This document shows, piece after piece, positions 20,759 through 30,767 of a DNA stretch of 64,000 nucleotides (its first letter is position 1; every line of letters starts with the position of its first letter). The DNA is from Truepera sp. (lineage in GTDB: Bacteria > Deinococcota > Deinococci > Deinococcales > Trueperaceae), in contig CBDCKW010000005.1 of assembly GCA_965218435.1 (NCBI GenBank), positions 224,001-288,000 of the forward strand, read 5' to 3'. The notes below the pieces were generated by a model. That model was not told the DNA's origin. It made no database searches and saw nothing but the letters and a program-made list of their open reading frames with translations. Position numbers and translations under genes: made by a program.

Positions 20759-21521
20759 GGCGTTGTTACATTAACTTTGGCTAAGATTGTTGAATACAGC
20801 TTGCTTACGCAACCGGCCGTACCTTTTATGCGGTTGCCACTAACTCAGTCACTTCGCGCCAAGTTGCGAACCGCTCAGACAGAGTTTGGCGGTAGTCGGC
20901 TGCTTCAAGCAAATGGCAAGATGGGCGAAAGTGAGTGTTGAGGGGCTCGAAGATGGACAGAAAGCGCCCTACATGGCCGGGAGACTTGAAGCACTGATAG
21001 CAGCCCCACGATAGGGCAAGGCCCACGTACTTGCCCCACTAGGGGCGGGCTAGTGCCCGTACAAGTGGCCGTACCCTAGGGCGGGTCTAGTGACCCCTAT
21101 GCTGAAGCGCCCGTTCTCGTCGCCTCGTTCTCTGATGCGAGTTCTCAGCACGGTTGTTTAGATACCGGCTCTGACGATGTTCAGTGTGGTGCAGCAACGC
21201 AGGGCAGCCCTATAGCTTCGTAGCTTGTCGGTCACGACCACCCTTGGCTTGGCGTTGTCCCGCAGCAGTTTGCGTAAAGAACGCTTGGCTGCCCTTTTGT
21301 CACGTTTGCTTGTCACCAGGATGTCGAGTGTATTGCCCATTTGATCGACTGCCCTCCACAGGTAGCGCCGTTCGCCACCGATATCCCGAAGCGGTAGTAA
21401 AGCCAGAGGCAGTGATTGATGATCTCGGCGGGGAAGCGGTGACGTTTGTAGAGGTCGGTGCTCATAAGTTGCCAACCTTAACATGAGCCTTGAGTTGCCC
21501 CGGAGTTAATGTGACAATTCC
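20759..21521 (-). mobile_element. Degenerate IS6 family element
   Basis: TIR GGCGTTGTTACATTAACT / rc GGAATTGTCACATTAACT; transposase has an internal deletion near 21385, indels and a 108-nt insertion (20994-21105). Confidence 0.85.
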
Positions 21522-21548
21522 CGACTGCGGCTTTCATCCGTCTCCTCT

Positions 21549-22175
21549 CTATCTTATGCCTTTCACGAAGTGGAGCTCGACGCCCGAGAGCGGCGCGCCG
21601 ACGTCGTGCAGGGCTCCGCCCCGTGCCAGCGATCCCAGGTCGAGCGCTTTGAAGCCGAGGCTGTCGAGCAGATCGATAACGACGCGCTTTGCCTCCTGGT
21701 CGTCACCCGAAGTAAAGAGAACCGTTCGGGGCTTGTTCGGACTGAAGTCCTTGATCCACTCCATCGGAATGTTACTGATGGACTTTACAAGCCGGGCACC
21801 CGGTACCAGCTCGGACACGATTTCGCTCGACGTACGACCACCCAGCGCAGTGCGCGAGCGCGCGATCCCTGCGGGGCTGAAGTCGGCGGGTTTGTTGGCG
21901 TGGGCATTGGTGGCATCAATGAGGATTTGGCCATCCCACCTTAACCCTTCAACGGCCTTCGGCACGTCAGGCCAGTGGACAGAGAGAACGACCAAGTCTG
22001 TCTTCAAGACATCGTCCCGCGTCCCCGCTTCCGCGCCGTCGCCGAGTTCAGCGACGACATCGGCGAGGGTGTCAGGCCTGCGAGAGTTGGAGATCATCAC
22101 CTGGTGTCCGTTGACGAGCATGTGGCGCGCTATCGTACGTACTGCATTACCCGCTCCAATAATTCCGATACGCAT
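21549..22175 (-). CDS. NADPH-dependent F420 reductase-like oxidoreductase
   Basis: MRIGIIGAG, LIDATN, SSEIVSELVPGARLVK, DLGSLARGG. Confidence 0.85.
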   Translation of the reverse strand: MRIGIIGAGNAVRTIARHMLVNGHQVMISNSRRPDTLADVVAELGDGAEAGTRDDVLKTDLVVLSVHWPDVPKAVEGLRWDGQILIDATNAHANKPADFSPAGIARSRTALGGRTSSEIVSELVPGARLVKSISNIPMEWIKDFSPNKPRTVLFTSGDDQEAKRVVIDLLDSLGFKALDLGSLARGGALHDVGAPLSGVELHFVKGIR

Positions 22176-22340
22176 AGCGATCATCTCCCAATTGCAATTA
22201 TTATAGGGTAGTATTCCCTGCGTTCGCGTCTTAAAGGCGCGTGGCAACTCCGAAGACCGGATTATTGCGATGGCGATTTGTCTTCACTGCGGTGCGACGC
22301 CGACGGTCGCCGCTTCAGGAAGGGCGTTCCCAACCTGTCC

Positions 22341-22378
22341 CGGGGGGCTGCCGACGACAACGCGTCGGCAGCCCCCCG
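22341..22378. terminator. GC-rich hairpin downstream of the 22400-22942 gene
   Basis: Perfect 16-bp arms CGGGGGGCTGCCGACG / CGTCGGCAGCCCCCCG. Confidence 0.6.
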
Positions 22379-22399
22379 TGTATGAGCGGGGCGGTTCGA

Positions 22400-22942
22400 T
22401 CAGAGCTCGCCAGGCACGGCGAATCGGTAGAACACCCCGCCGACCGGCTGAATACCGATCAGTAGCCACACCGCGTTCTCGAAGTCGCGGGCTCGTGACA
22501 GGTCCCCAACGTTGACCGGATCGTACCCGGCATCGCGGATAAGCTGCTCAGTGACCTCGCGGGCACCGTCGTCGGCGACGTACAGGTTGCTCGGTCGCAC
22601 CCGCTGCTCCTGCACCACGCCGAACAGCTTCCCGAAGTTCATGTTGAAGCTCTTGGCAACCGGGGCGTGGGTGAAAGACTTCACTTCGTGGGCGTAGGAC
22701 TCGAAATCGCCATGACGCTCGGGTAAGACGTTTGTCGCGTCGATTGCGATCTTTCCTTCCAGCCCGCTTACCCGGCTCAGAGCCGGCGAGATTTGTGGAC
22801 CGGGAACCGCAACTAGGACGACGTCGGCATCCGAAGCGTCTCCACCGTTACGCCCAAGCTCGTCGACCTCGTGGCCTGCGTTCCGCCAAAAGTTGGCTAG
22901 CCCTCCACCGATCTTCCCTCGTCCAATCGTCACAATCTTCAT
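22400..22942 (-). CDS. NAD(P)-binding F420 oxidoreductase-like protein
   Basis: IGRGKIGGG, IAIDATN, VAKSFN, LIRDAGYDPVNVGDL. Confidence 0.8.
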   Translation of the reverse strand: MKIVTIGRGKIGGGLANFWRNAGHEVDELGRNGGDASDADVVLVAVPGPQISPALSRVSGLEGKIAIDATNVLPERHGDFESYAHEVKSFTHAPVAKSFNMNFGKLFGVVQEQRVRPSNLYVADDGAREVTEQLIRDAGYDPVNVGDLSRARDFENAVWLLIGIQPVGGVFYRFAVPGEL

Positions 22943-23160
22943 TTCGGTCTCCCATGGGCTGAGGGGACGGGTCGTGACGGCGCAGCTTGCGGATGGGTAG
23001 GTTGAGTGCTCATCTTATCTTCTTTCTGTCGCAGGTCGTCTCGTTACGGACTTGAAATGAGTGTGGCCTGTTCTAGGCTCGAGTGGGCAGGTCGGCACCT
23101 GCTTCTGCTTCGTTTCGCTTGCGGAACTTTCCGGGACGCTCGCTTCTCCGAGCGGACGTG

Positions 23161-24490
23161 TTACCTGAGTAGGCTAGGCCGGTACTCCGGAAAGGCCGAG
23201 CGAATGCGGCCGAGTACCCGGTCGCGTGACGCTTCGACCCGCAGGCGTAAGCTGTCGATATCGACTCCGACGAGCTCATGATTCCATTTCACGGTGCGGC
23301 CCGCGATAAAGACGTGCCGGACATTGCTGGCGTCCATCATCGTGACTACCGTGTTTGGGGCGTTGTTCATCGGGATAGTGTTGATGAGTTCTGCGTCCAG
23401 CATAATGATGTCGGCAGCTTTGCCAGGGGTGAGTGAACCGATCTTGTGCTCGAGCTGCGTCGCCCGTGCGCCGGCCATGGTGGCCATCTCGAGAACTTGC
23501 CTGGTGGTAAGGAGTTGCGGTAAGTCCTCTTCGCCCGCGAGGTAACGCTCATTCAGGAGAGCCCGTTGCAGGGTAAAGGTCGAACGCATGATCGAAAACA
23601 TGTCGGCGGTCATGTTAGTTTCTACATCCGCATTGAGGCTTGGGAGAATACCGTGGTCTAACGCCTGCTGCAGGGGGGGCATCCCGTGTCGCATCTGCAT
23701 CTCGATCGGTGTGGCCATCGAGAGATGACCGCCGGACGCGGCGATAAGCTCGAACATCTCGTCAGGCAACCGGGTCGCGTGGATGTAAAGCATGTCGGGG
23801 CCGAGTAAACCCATCTCCGACGCCCTGCGGATAGGTTCTGAGCCGGAAGGTCCGACTTCGCCAAAGGCGTGAGAGATGAGCGGAGCGCCAAAGGCTCGAG
23901 CCAGCTCTAGATTCTCCACACTCACAAAACCGCCCAGCCCGAGCGTGACTAACTGATCGTCGGACGAGAAGTATCAGGATCTGAGTCGACCTAGGCCCCG
24001 CCTTATGTTTCCAATGGTGCCGGGGTACTCGTAGCCGGGTGAGTCTGTCCGGCCTTCAGAGTAGGCAAAGAGTGCGCGGGCACCCGAGTCTATAAGCCCT
24101 TGGATCATGGCGTCCGTATGCTCAGGGGTGTGCGAGCTCTGCGAAGTGTCGATACCTGTCGTAACGCCAGCACTGATCTGATTCAGGGCGGCAACAAGCT
24201 CGGAGATGTAGTTGTCTTCAGGATCGTAAGGCGAGCGCCCCAAATCGAACTCGTCATTTTGACCCTGCGTCCAGAGGCTTTGCACAACTGAGAAGTAAGT
24301 CTGTGCGGGCCAACTGCCGGTGGCGTCAAACCCGAGGACACCGTTGGACACGATGCTCCGCTGAATCGTTTCGTAACGGTGGTGGTGCGTATTAACGAAG
24401 CCGGGCATGACGATCATGCCTGAAGCGTCGACAAGCTGGACCGCTGAGGCCTCAATATTCGGCCCAACCTCGAGGATCTTGCCGCCTTCG
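23161..24490 (-). pseudogene. Amidohydrolase family protein, 5'-truncated and frameshifted
   Basis: MPGFVNTHHH in one frame and GSLTPGKAADII in another; shift near 23975. Confidence 0.85.
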
Positions 24491-24497
24491 ACTCGAG

Positions 24498-25426
24498 CCC
24501 CGCATTCAAGCTCTCCAAGAAGCCTACATCCGCAAGGTGGTTGACACGGTGCAGGACTTGCCTAACGTTCTCTATGAAGTCGCCAACGAGTCGCCGGGCG
24601 GCGGGTCTATCGATGAAACCTTTGCCCAGATGTTGGGCCTGTCGGAAGTCCCTGACTGGGGAGACACCACGCAGTGGCAGTATTGGGTCATCAACGTCTT
24701 AAAGCAGTACGAGGAGGAGATGGGCTACACCAAACATCCCATCGGGATGACGATGCAGTTTCCCGTCGCCGACCAAACCAAGGTCAACGACGTGCTCTTC
24801 AACAGCCCCGCTGATTGGATTTCACCCGGCTATGACGACGACATCTTCACGGAGGGTCGCAACCCGATGGCACCGGGGAGTCCGCCGTCCAGGTGGTTCG
24901 ACGACCCGCCCGCCGCCGACGGCCGTAAAGTCATCCTCAGCGACACCGACCACTACTCGTCCATGAAGAGTAACGCGCTGTGGGCTTGGAAGTCTTCCTT
25001 CGCGGTCACAACCCGATTTTGTACGACCTCAGGATTATTAACGGAGTGAACCCTCCCGACCCCTCGGCGGGGACGCCCTCTTTCGCGTCCTATGAAGCGG
25101 CGCGCTACGCGCTGGGGGACACCCTGCGCTATGCGGAGCGGATGCAGCTGATTGACATGAACCCACGAGGCGAACTCAGCTCGACGGGTTACGTGCTGGC
25201 AAATCCCGGCCAGGCGTACCTGGTTCTCGAGCCCGGTGAAACGACTGAACCCTTCACGGTGACGCTCGACGCAGGTACTTACACGGTCGAATGGTTCAGT
25301 GTCAACAGCCGCAAGACGAAAGAAGCTGACGAACTCACGGTCGAGAGCAAGGCAAGTCTTAGCTTCACCGCGCCGTTCGCCGAGACTGGTCCGTCCGTGG
25401 TGTGTCTAAAGCAGGTTAGCCGCTGA
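24498..25426 (+). pseudogene. Glycoside hydrolase-like (DUF6298-type) protein with C-terminal beta domain, truncated and frameshifted
   Basis: PNVLYEVANE, ILSDTDH, SSTGYVLANPG; frameshift near 24998. Confidence 0.65.
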
Positions 25427-25450
25427 TTAAGTAGTTCCGAACTCACTTAC

Positions 25451-25686
25451 CTAGAGGCTGTGATGAACTTCCGAAGCGGGTCTTGCTCAGTTGGGAATGC
25501 TCGCAGTGTTCCGTCCTGCTGGGCTTTTCTAAGGCTCCACTTGACTTTTACAAGCCTTACGGAACTTGTCCTTGACGGTTGGGTAGTTGCCGTACCTGAA
25601 GGTATGAGCAGGCTCAGGGCCGAAACTTGCGGCTACAACGGCTTCCAGAAACTCATCTTGTGACTGGAGTTCATAACACGCTCTAG
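25451..25686. mobile_element. MITE-like element A
   Basis: CTAGAGGCTGTGATGAACT ... AGTTCATAACACGCTCTAG (16/19 inverted match). Confidence 0.6.
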
Positions 25687-25697
25687 GGAAGCAATTT

Positions 25698-26405
25698 ATG
25701 ACGAGCACAAATACAGACCCAAGCGCAACTCAGTTTATCGAGAGGTTGGAAGCTTACCTTTCACCTGAGCAAGCGGTCAAGTACAGAGACGCATTGGCGC
25801 AAGGCGAGGGTGACACAACGATAAACGTACGGATGGGCCAAGTCTTCGCTCTGGCTAAGGAGTTTATCGACATGCCGATACGTGAAGTTGAAGTCTTGCT
25901 CGAGAGCCCCGTCCACGAAGTGCGTGTTGGCGCAGTAAGCATCATGGACTTTCAGGCCCGCCGCAAAAAGACGCCTGAAGCTCGTAGACGAGAACTTTTT
26001 GACCTGTACCTGAAACGTCATGACAGGATCAACAACTGGGATTTGGTAGATAGAGCCGCACCTTACGTCATCGGCGGCTACTTGTTTGACAAACCCCGTG
26101 ACGTTTTGTACGAGCTAGCTCGCTCTAAAAATGTTTGGGAACGCCGCACGGCCATTACCAGCACTTACTACTTTCTGAGACAAGGTGACGTGACGGATAC
26201 CTTCAACATCTCGGAAATACTGCTTAATGACGACCAACATCTCATTCATACAGCCGTTGGCGGGTGGCTGCGTGAAGCAGGTAAAAAAGACCTTCAAAGC
26301 CTGTTGAGCTTTTTAGATGAACATGCTACCACCATGCCGCGTGTTGCCTTGCGTTACGCCACCGAACACCTCGAGAAGCCAAAAGGGAGCATTACTGGAG
26401 CCTGA
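25698..26405 (+). CDS. DNA alkylation repair protein (AlkD-like); probable C-terminal frameshift
   Basis: INNWDLVD, NVWERRTAI, AVGGWLREAGK, LRYATEH; the alternative frame QREHYWSLKK looks like the true end. Confidence 0.88.
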   Translation: MTSTNTDPSATQFIERLEAYLSPEQAVKYRDALAQGEGDTTINVRMGQVFALAKEFIDMPIREVEVLLESPVHEVRVGAVSIMDFQARRKKTPEARRRELFDLYLKRHDRINNWDLVDRAAPYVIGGYLFDKPRDVLYELARSKNVWERRTAITSTYYFLRQGDVTDTFNISEILLNDDQHLIHTAVGGWLREAGKKDLQSLLSFLDEHATTMPRVALRYATEHLEKPKGSITGA

Positions 26406-26442
26406 AGAAAGTCCAGGAAAACCGTGTCTCAAAAGGGAGAGA

Positions 26443-26555
26443 ATGGTGCAAAGAAACTGGTTGATCGTTCTGAGTGTATTCGTTGGTTTGATGTCCAACC
26501 TTGGTTGTAGAAAAGCCATGACCTTTGAAGCGGTTGACGACGTTGCCGGGGTTGA
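26443..26555 (+). pseudogene. N-terminal remnant paralogous to the hydrolase at 27290
   Basis: WLIVLSVFVGLMSNLG..AMTFEAVDDV versus CLIVLNVFICLLFNFG..AVSFEAADGV. Confidence 0.6.
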
Positions 26556-26633
26556 CTTGTTAGGCGAAAAATTGCGAGTGGGTGGGGACGACCGCGCAAG
26601 AGAACTTCTGGCTAGCAGTAAGGCTGCTTTATC

Positions 26634-27233
26634 ATGAGTCTCCGTGTGGTGGGTGCTGGGCTACCGCGTACGGGTACAAGCTCGCTCAAGGAAGCCCTCG
26701 AGCATCTCCTGGACGGACCTTGCTACCACATGCGGGAGATTCCCAACCACCCTTACAATTTGGGAGTGGGCTGGCAAACCGCACTTGCAGGAGAGTACCC
26801 TGACTGGGAAGAATTATTAGCTGGCTACGTTGCGACCGTAGATTGGCCTGCTTCCATGTTTTGGCGGGACCTAAGTGAAGCCAATCCTGATGCGCTGGTC
26901 CTCCTTTCCGTCCGTGATTCGCCAGCTCAGTGGCATCAGAGTGCCGACCAGAGCATTTTGCCCTACGCTCGTATGGCTCTTGCACCCGAGTGGCGGGAAG
27001 GGCGCGATTTTCTAACCCTTTTAGAACGGTTTACGGGCAGCCGACAATGGGATAACGCCACGACACTCAAAACAGCTTATGAAAGACATAACGAGGCAGT
27101 ACGCCAAAGTGTACCGCCGCAGCGGCTTTTGGAATGGCGCGTTACCGACGGCTGGACACCTCTTTGTGAAGCACTCGGCTTGCCTGTTCCTACGACCCCG
27201 TTCCCTTGGAATAACAAAGATGGTGTTGCCTAA
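26634..27233 (+). CDS. Sulfotransferase family protein
   Basis: GAGLPRTGTSSLKEAL, PCYHM, VDWPA, GWTPLCEALG. Confidence 0.9.
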   Translation: MSLRVVGAGLPRTGTSSLKEALEHLLDGPCYHMREIPNHPYNLGVGWQTALAGEYPDWEELLAGYVATVDWPASMFWRDLSEANPDALVLLSVRDSPAQWHQSADQSILPYARMALAPEWREGRDFLTLLERFTGSRQWDNATTLKTAYERHNEAVRQSVPPQRLLEWRVTDGWTPLCEALGLPVPTTPFPWNNKDGVA

Positions 27234-27289
27234 GAGGAGCAGCAGTTCCCAACAGTAACAAGTTGGACTTGAAAATCAGGGAGGAAACA

Positions 27290-28021
27290 ATGCTTAGAAG
27301 ATGCTTGATCGTCCTAAATGTGTTCATCTGTCTATTGTTCAACTTCGGGTTAAGTCAAGAAGCGGTGAGCTTTGAAGCAGCTGACGGCGTAAAAGTTTTT
27401 GCTGACCTTTACTCGGCAGGTGACATATCCAACCCTATCGTGCTGCTCTTTCACCAGGCGGACTACAACAAAGAAGAGTACGAAGAGATTGCTCCCAGAC
27501 TCGTCGAAGCAGACTTTAACGCGCTGGCCGTAGACCAGCGTAGCGGTGGTAACGCCTATGGCGGTGAAAATCTCACAGTCAACGCTCTGGGTAAATCTAC
27601 GAGTTATCTCGAAGCTCTCCCTGACCTCGAGGCCGCTTTAACTTGGGCGAAAGAAAAAAGTTACCAAACCATCCTCATATGGGGTAGTAGCTACTCCTCT
27701 TCGCTCGTGTTCTTACTCGCAGCCGAACACCCCGAGATTGCTGGCGTCCTCTCGTTTTCACCTGGCGAGTATTTCCCCGAACCCAACCTCGTCCAAGAGG
27801 CTGCCGCGAAGGTTACGGTGCCTGTCTTTATTACCTCGGCAGGGGGTAGTGAAACCACCGAAGCTCATGCCATCTTTACGGCGGTGGCAAGTCCAGACAA
27901 GGTGGAATATGAGCCCGACGGGATCGGCGTACACGGTTCTTTGGCGCTTGTCGCATCTACGTCAACCATCCAAGAAGGTTACTGGACGGCGGTTCTTGGG
28001 TTTCTCGAGCGGATCAAGTGA
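27290..28021 (+). CDS. Secreted alpha/beta hydrolase
   Basis: Signal peptide; LFHQA, VDQRSGG, GSSYSS nucleophile elbow. Confidence 0.85.
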   Translation: MLRRCLIVLNVFICLLFNFGLSQEAVSFEAADGVKVFADLYSAGDISNPIVLLFHQADYNKEEYEEIAPRLVEADFNALAVDQRSGGNAYGGENLTVNALGKSTSYLEALPDLEAALTWAKEKSYQTILIWGSSYSSSLVFLLAAEHPEIAGVLSFSPGEYFPEPNLVQEAAAKVTVPVFITSAGGSETTEAHAIFTAVASPDKVEYEPDGIGVHGSLALVASTSTIQEGYWTAVLGFLERIK

Positions 28022-28398
28022 ACCTGGTGGTAGCACGGTAGCAGATCAGAGCTACTAAAGGAGGTCGGAACTGGGACTAAATCAAGGAGGAACAGGTTAT
28101 GGACACTTTGGGCTGCCGCTTGCGTTGAACATGTCTCCTAAGGCTCGAGGAACTGTACCCGAGCGATGACTGGCTAAGGACGCTCCACATTCGCTCAACA
28201 TTTGCTGGCGTTGGGATTCACAGAAACGAAGAAAACTAGAAATCCAGGGAGCTAAATGCCACCGGGTCGAGCCGGGGAGCTTATGAGGACATTAACACGC
28301 TTATTCAGCAGAACTAATGTTGATCCTGAATATTTATCAACATACCTGTTTGAGAGACAGAGCTAAACATATGGCTCAAGCCCTGAACGGAGACAACT

Positions 28399-28773
28399 AT
28401 GACTATCAAACGCATTATCCCGGAGATTCGTTCTCGTGATGTTGAGGCGACTAAAGGCTTTTACTGTGGGTTACTAGGTCTCGAGGTCGGTATGGAAGAC
28501 GGTGCATTCCTGATGTTGAACTCGCCGACGAACCCAAGTGCTCAGTTGACCGTCAATGATAACGGACACCCTAGCCTTCCGCCCGGCTTTGCAGTTGATG
28601 TTGGTAGCGCGGACCAAGTTCAGAAAGTGTATGAAACCCTCACGAAGCGCGGCTTTCCCCTTGTCGAGCCACTCGAGGACAAGCCTTGGGGCATTCATCG
28701 TTTCTCAGTGATTGATCCCAACGGGGCAAGGGTGACCATTATTGGACATTTAGAAACGGATAGCAGTTCCTGA
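28399..28773 (+). CDS. VOC / glyoxalase family protein
   Basis: FYCGLLGL, PLEDKPWGIHRFSVIDPNG. Confidence 0.9.
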   Translation: MTIKRIIPEIRSRDVEATKGFYCGLLGLEVGMEDGAFLMLNSPTNPSAQLTVNDNGHPSLPPGFAVDVGSADQVQKVYETLTKRGFPLVEPLEDKPWGIHRFSVIDPNGARVTIIGHLETDSSS

Positions 28774-28789
28774 CAGGAGCAAGTGAGTC

Positions 28790-28953
28790 TTGAAAATTAA
28801 GATCGACGCCTATCTGATTGTTGTCCATCCGGCTGTACTCACGGCCGGTCCACGAATGTTCGAGAGCTTTTCTGAAGACCTCGCTCTGGCACTCGTTGAA
28901 AGGTTTTTAACGCGGGCGTGGTCGTCCTGCACTACAACGTGAAGATGCCATGA
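28790..28953 (+). pseudogene. RibD-C / dihydrofolate reductase family C-terminal remnant
   Basis: IDAYLIVVHPAVLTAGPRMF...GVVVLHY. Confidence 0.6.
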
Positions 28954-28971
28954 CATGAAAAAGGAGACTAT

Positions 28972-29517
28972 ATGGGAAACGTCTTTTTAGATATGGCGAT
29001 GTCGCTCGACGGGTTTGTCGGCGGGTTGGACAGTAAAGACTACGGGCTCTACGACTGGTACTTTGCGCCCTCGAGGGACGCAGCGTTTGTCCAGAACGAA
29101 CTCATCGAACGAATGAGGGCGATGATCCTTGGCAAAGGCGTTTTTGGAGATGAGCCGGGTGGGTTTGAGACACCTTATAAAGTGCTCCATTTTGTCCTTA
29201 CGCACGAAGCTAGGCCGAGCGTTGAAAACGCCGGGACGACCTTTACTTTCGTCACTGAGGGAATTGAACGTACCCTAAGCCAGGCTCGTGCGGCCGCTGG
29301 TGACTAAAACGTCTGTGTCGCCGGTGGCGCGAATACAGCGCAGCAGTTTCCAAAAGCTGGACTCGTGGGCAAAGTACAAATCCACCTCGTACCTGTCTTG
29401 ATCGGAGACGGGCTTCGGTTGTTCGAGCATCTGGGTTCCGAAGATGCCAAGTTGGAGAAAACTAGGGTGCTCGAGTCCGGCGGCGTCACTCACCTTCGCT
29501 TTCGCATTATCAACTAG
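28972..29517 (+). pseudogene. RibD-C / DHFR family protein with an internal TAA
   Basis: MAMSLDGF; after the stop at 29305 the frame continues NVCVAGGANTAQQ...PVLIGDGLRLF. Confidence 0.88.
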
Positions 29518-29739
29518 AGCATGTTATGAACTCTGAGGCAATTGTAGCTGCTGAACGTGCGTCCTATACAGCAGTTGAACTGTTCAGCTGTTTCGGTATT
29601 CCGGACTCGAGCCTACCTTTAAGCTTTGAGCACGCGCAAAAAGACACTGCCGAAAGTTCAAAAAGCCTTACTGGGACGGAGTTCCCAAGCGTTGACCAAA
29701 CAGCTTGGAGCAATCTCCAAGGTTCATAACACGCTTTAG
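29514..29739. mobile_element. MITE-like element B
   Basis: CTAGAGCATGTTATGAACT ... GGTTCATAACACGCTTTAG; same ends as element A. Confidence 0.6.
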
Positions 29740-29828
29740 AAAGGGTACTTGAGGAGGCCGCAGCATTCTAGCAGTCAATTATTTAAGAAAGTGGACAATT
29801 TGATGTCCCCAACTGGAGGAAAGACACA

Positions 29829-30239
29829 ATGAGTATGAGAGTGAGCGCAACCGGAACAATCGAGGCCAAGACCTGGAATTTTGAGCCTATTGAAGAACTC
29901 GGAGGCGGTAGTAAGTTGATTCGGATGAGCGCCACAGACCTCTTTCATGGAGACATCGAGGGCGAGGCTCGAGCGGAATTTGTGGCTATGGTCGCCAGCG
30001 ACAAATCAAGTGAGTTCGCTGGCATCTATCGGTTCTCAGGGAGCTTAAACGGTCGTCAGGGCACGTTCCTGCTCAACGCAACTGGTGCAAGTGATACGAA
30101 CGGAGCCACGCGGGGAACCTGGCGCGTTATAGACGGCTCGGGCACCCGTGAACTCAGCGGCGTTAAAGGTATGGGGGCCTTCGCCTATAGGTCGGGTGGA
30201 CCATCATCTTTAACGCTTGACTACGACTTGGACTTTTAG
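29829..30239 (+). CDS. DUF3224 family protein
   Basis: FHGDIEG, GSLNGRQGTF, GSGTRELSGVKG, LTLDY. Confidence 0.85.
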   Translation: MSMRVSATGTIEAKTWNFEPIEELGGGSKLIRMSATDLFHGDIEGEARAEFVAMVASDKSSEFAGIYRFSGSLNGRQGTFLLNATGASDTNGATRGTWRVIDGSGTRELSGVKGMGAFAYRSGGPSSLTLDYDLDF

Positions 30240-30367
30240 AAAATTCGTGGAGGCCGCAGCGTCGTGGCGAGTTTTTTGGAGAGAATAAACATTGCGGAAT
30301 AAGAGGTAACGAGACCTCAAAACTCAGCTGGGCTGTTCTTTTGACCCATAGGGAAGAAGAGGAATCT

Positions 30368-30700
30368 GTGCTCCTTAAAAATAAGCGTGCTGTGGTTAAC
30401 GGTACAACAGGGGGGTAGTCAGTGCGGTGGCTCGAGCCTCTGCTCCCGAAGGCGCAAGCCTGTTTCTAGCAGAGGGCACCCTCAGTAAGCTTAGAGCCCT
30501 AAGAGGAGAAATTGTCGACGCTGGCGGTACGGCTCAAGCTGCTGAGGTAGCTGCGCTCGAGTAAGAGGCTGCCGAAAAACACCTTACTGGCGCAAACGAA
30601 TTGACGGACAAGGTTCGAGTGACCGGCCTCTCATTCCAGGTGTTGATGCTCATGGCTTGGGTGCCGATCAGCCCACCGACGACGAAACCATCAAGGCGTT
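30368..30700 (+). pseudogene. SDR family oxidoreductase N-terminal remnant
   Basis: LLKNKRAVV...EGASLFLA...AGGTAQAAEVAAL, with indels and stops. Confidence 0.55.
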
Positions 30701-30767
30701 CTACGGCAGATAAGTGCAGGTTCTACTCGACACGCATTGGTATGGTAAACATAGCAAAGGCGAGAGC

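Noticed and set aside
28318..28344. ATGTTGAT-N11-ATCAACAT palindrome upstream of the VOC gene
   Set aside because: A plausible operator, but a single instance with no cognate regulator identifiable
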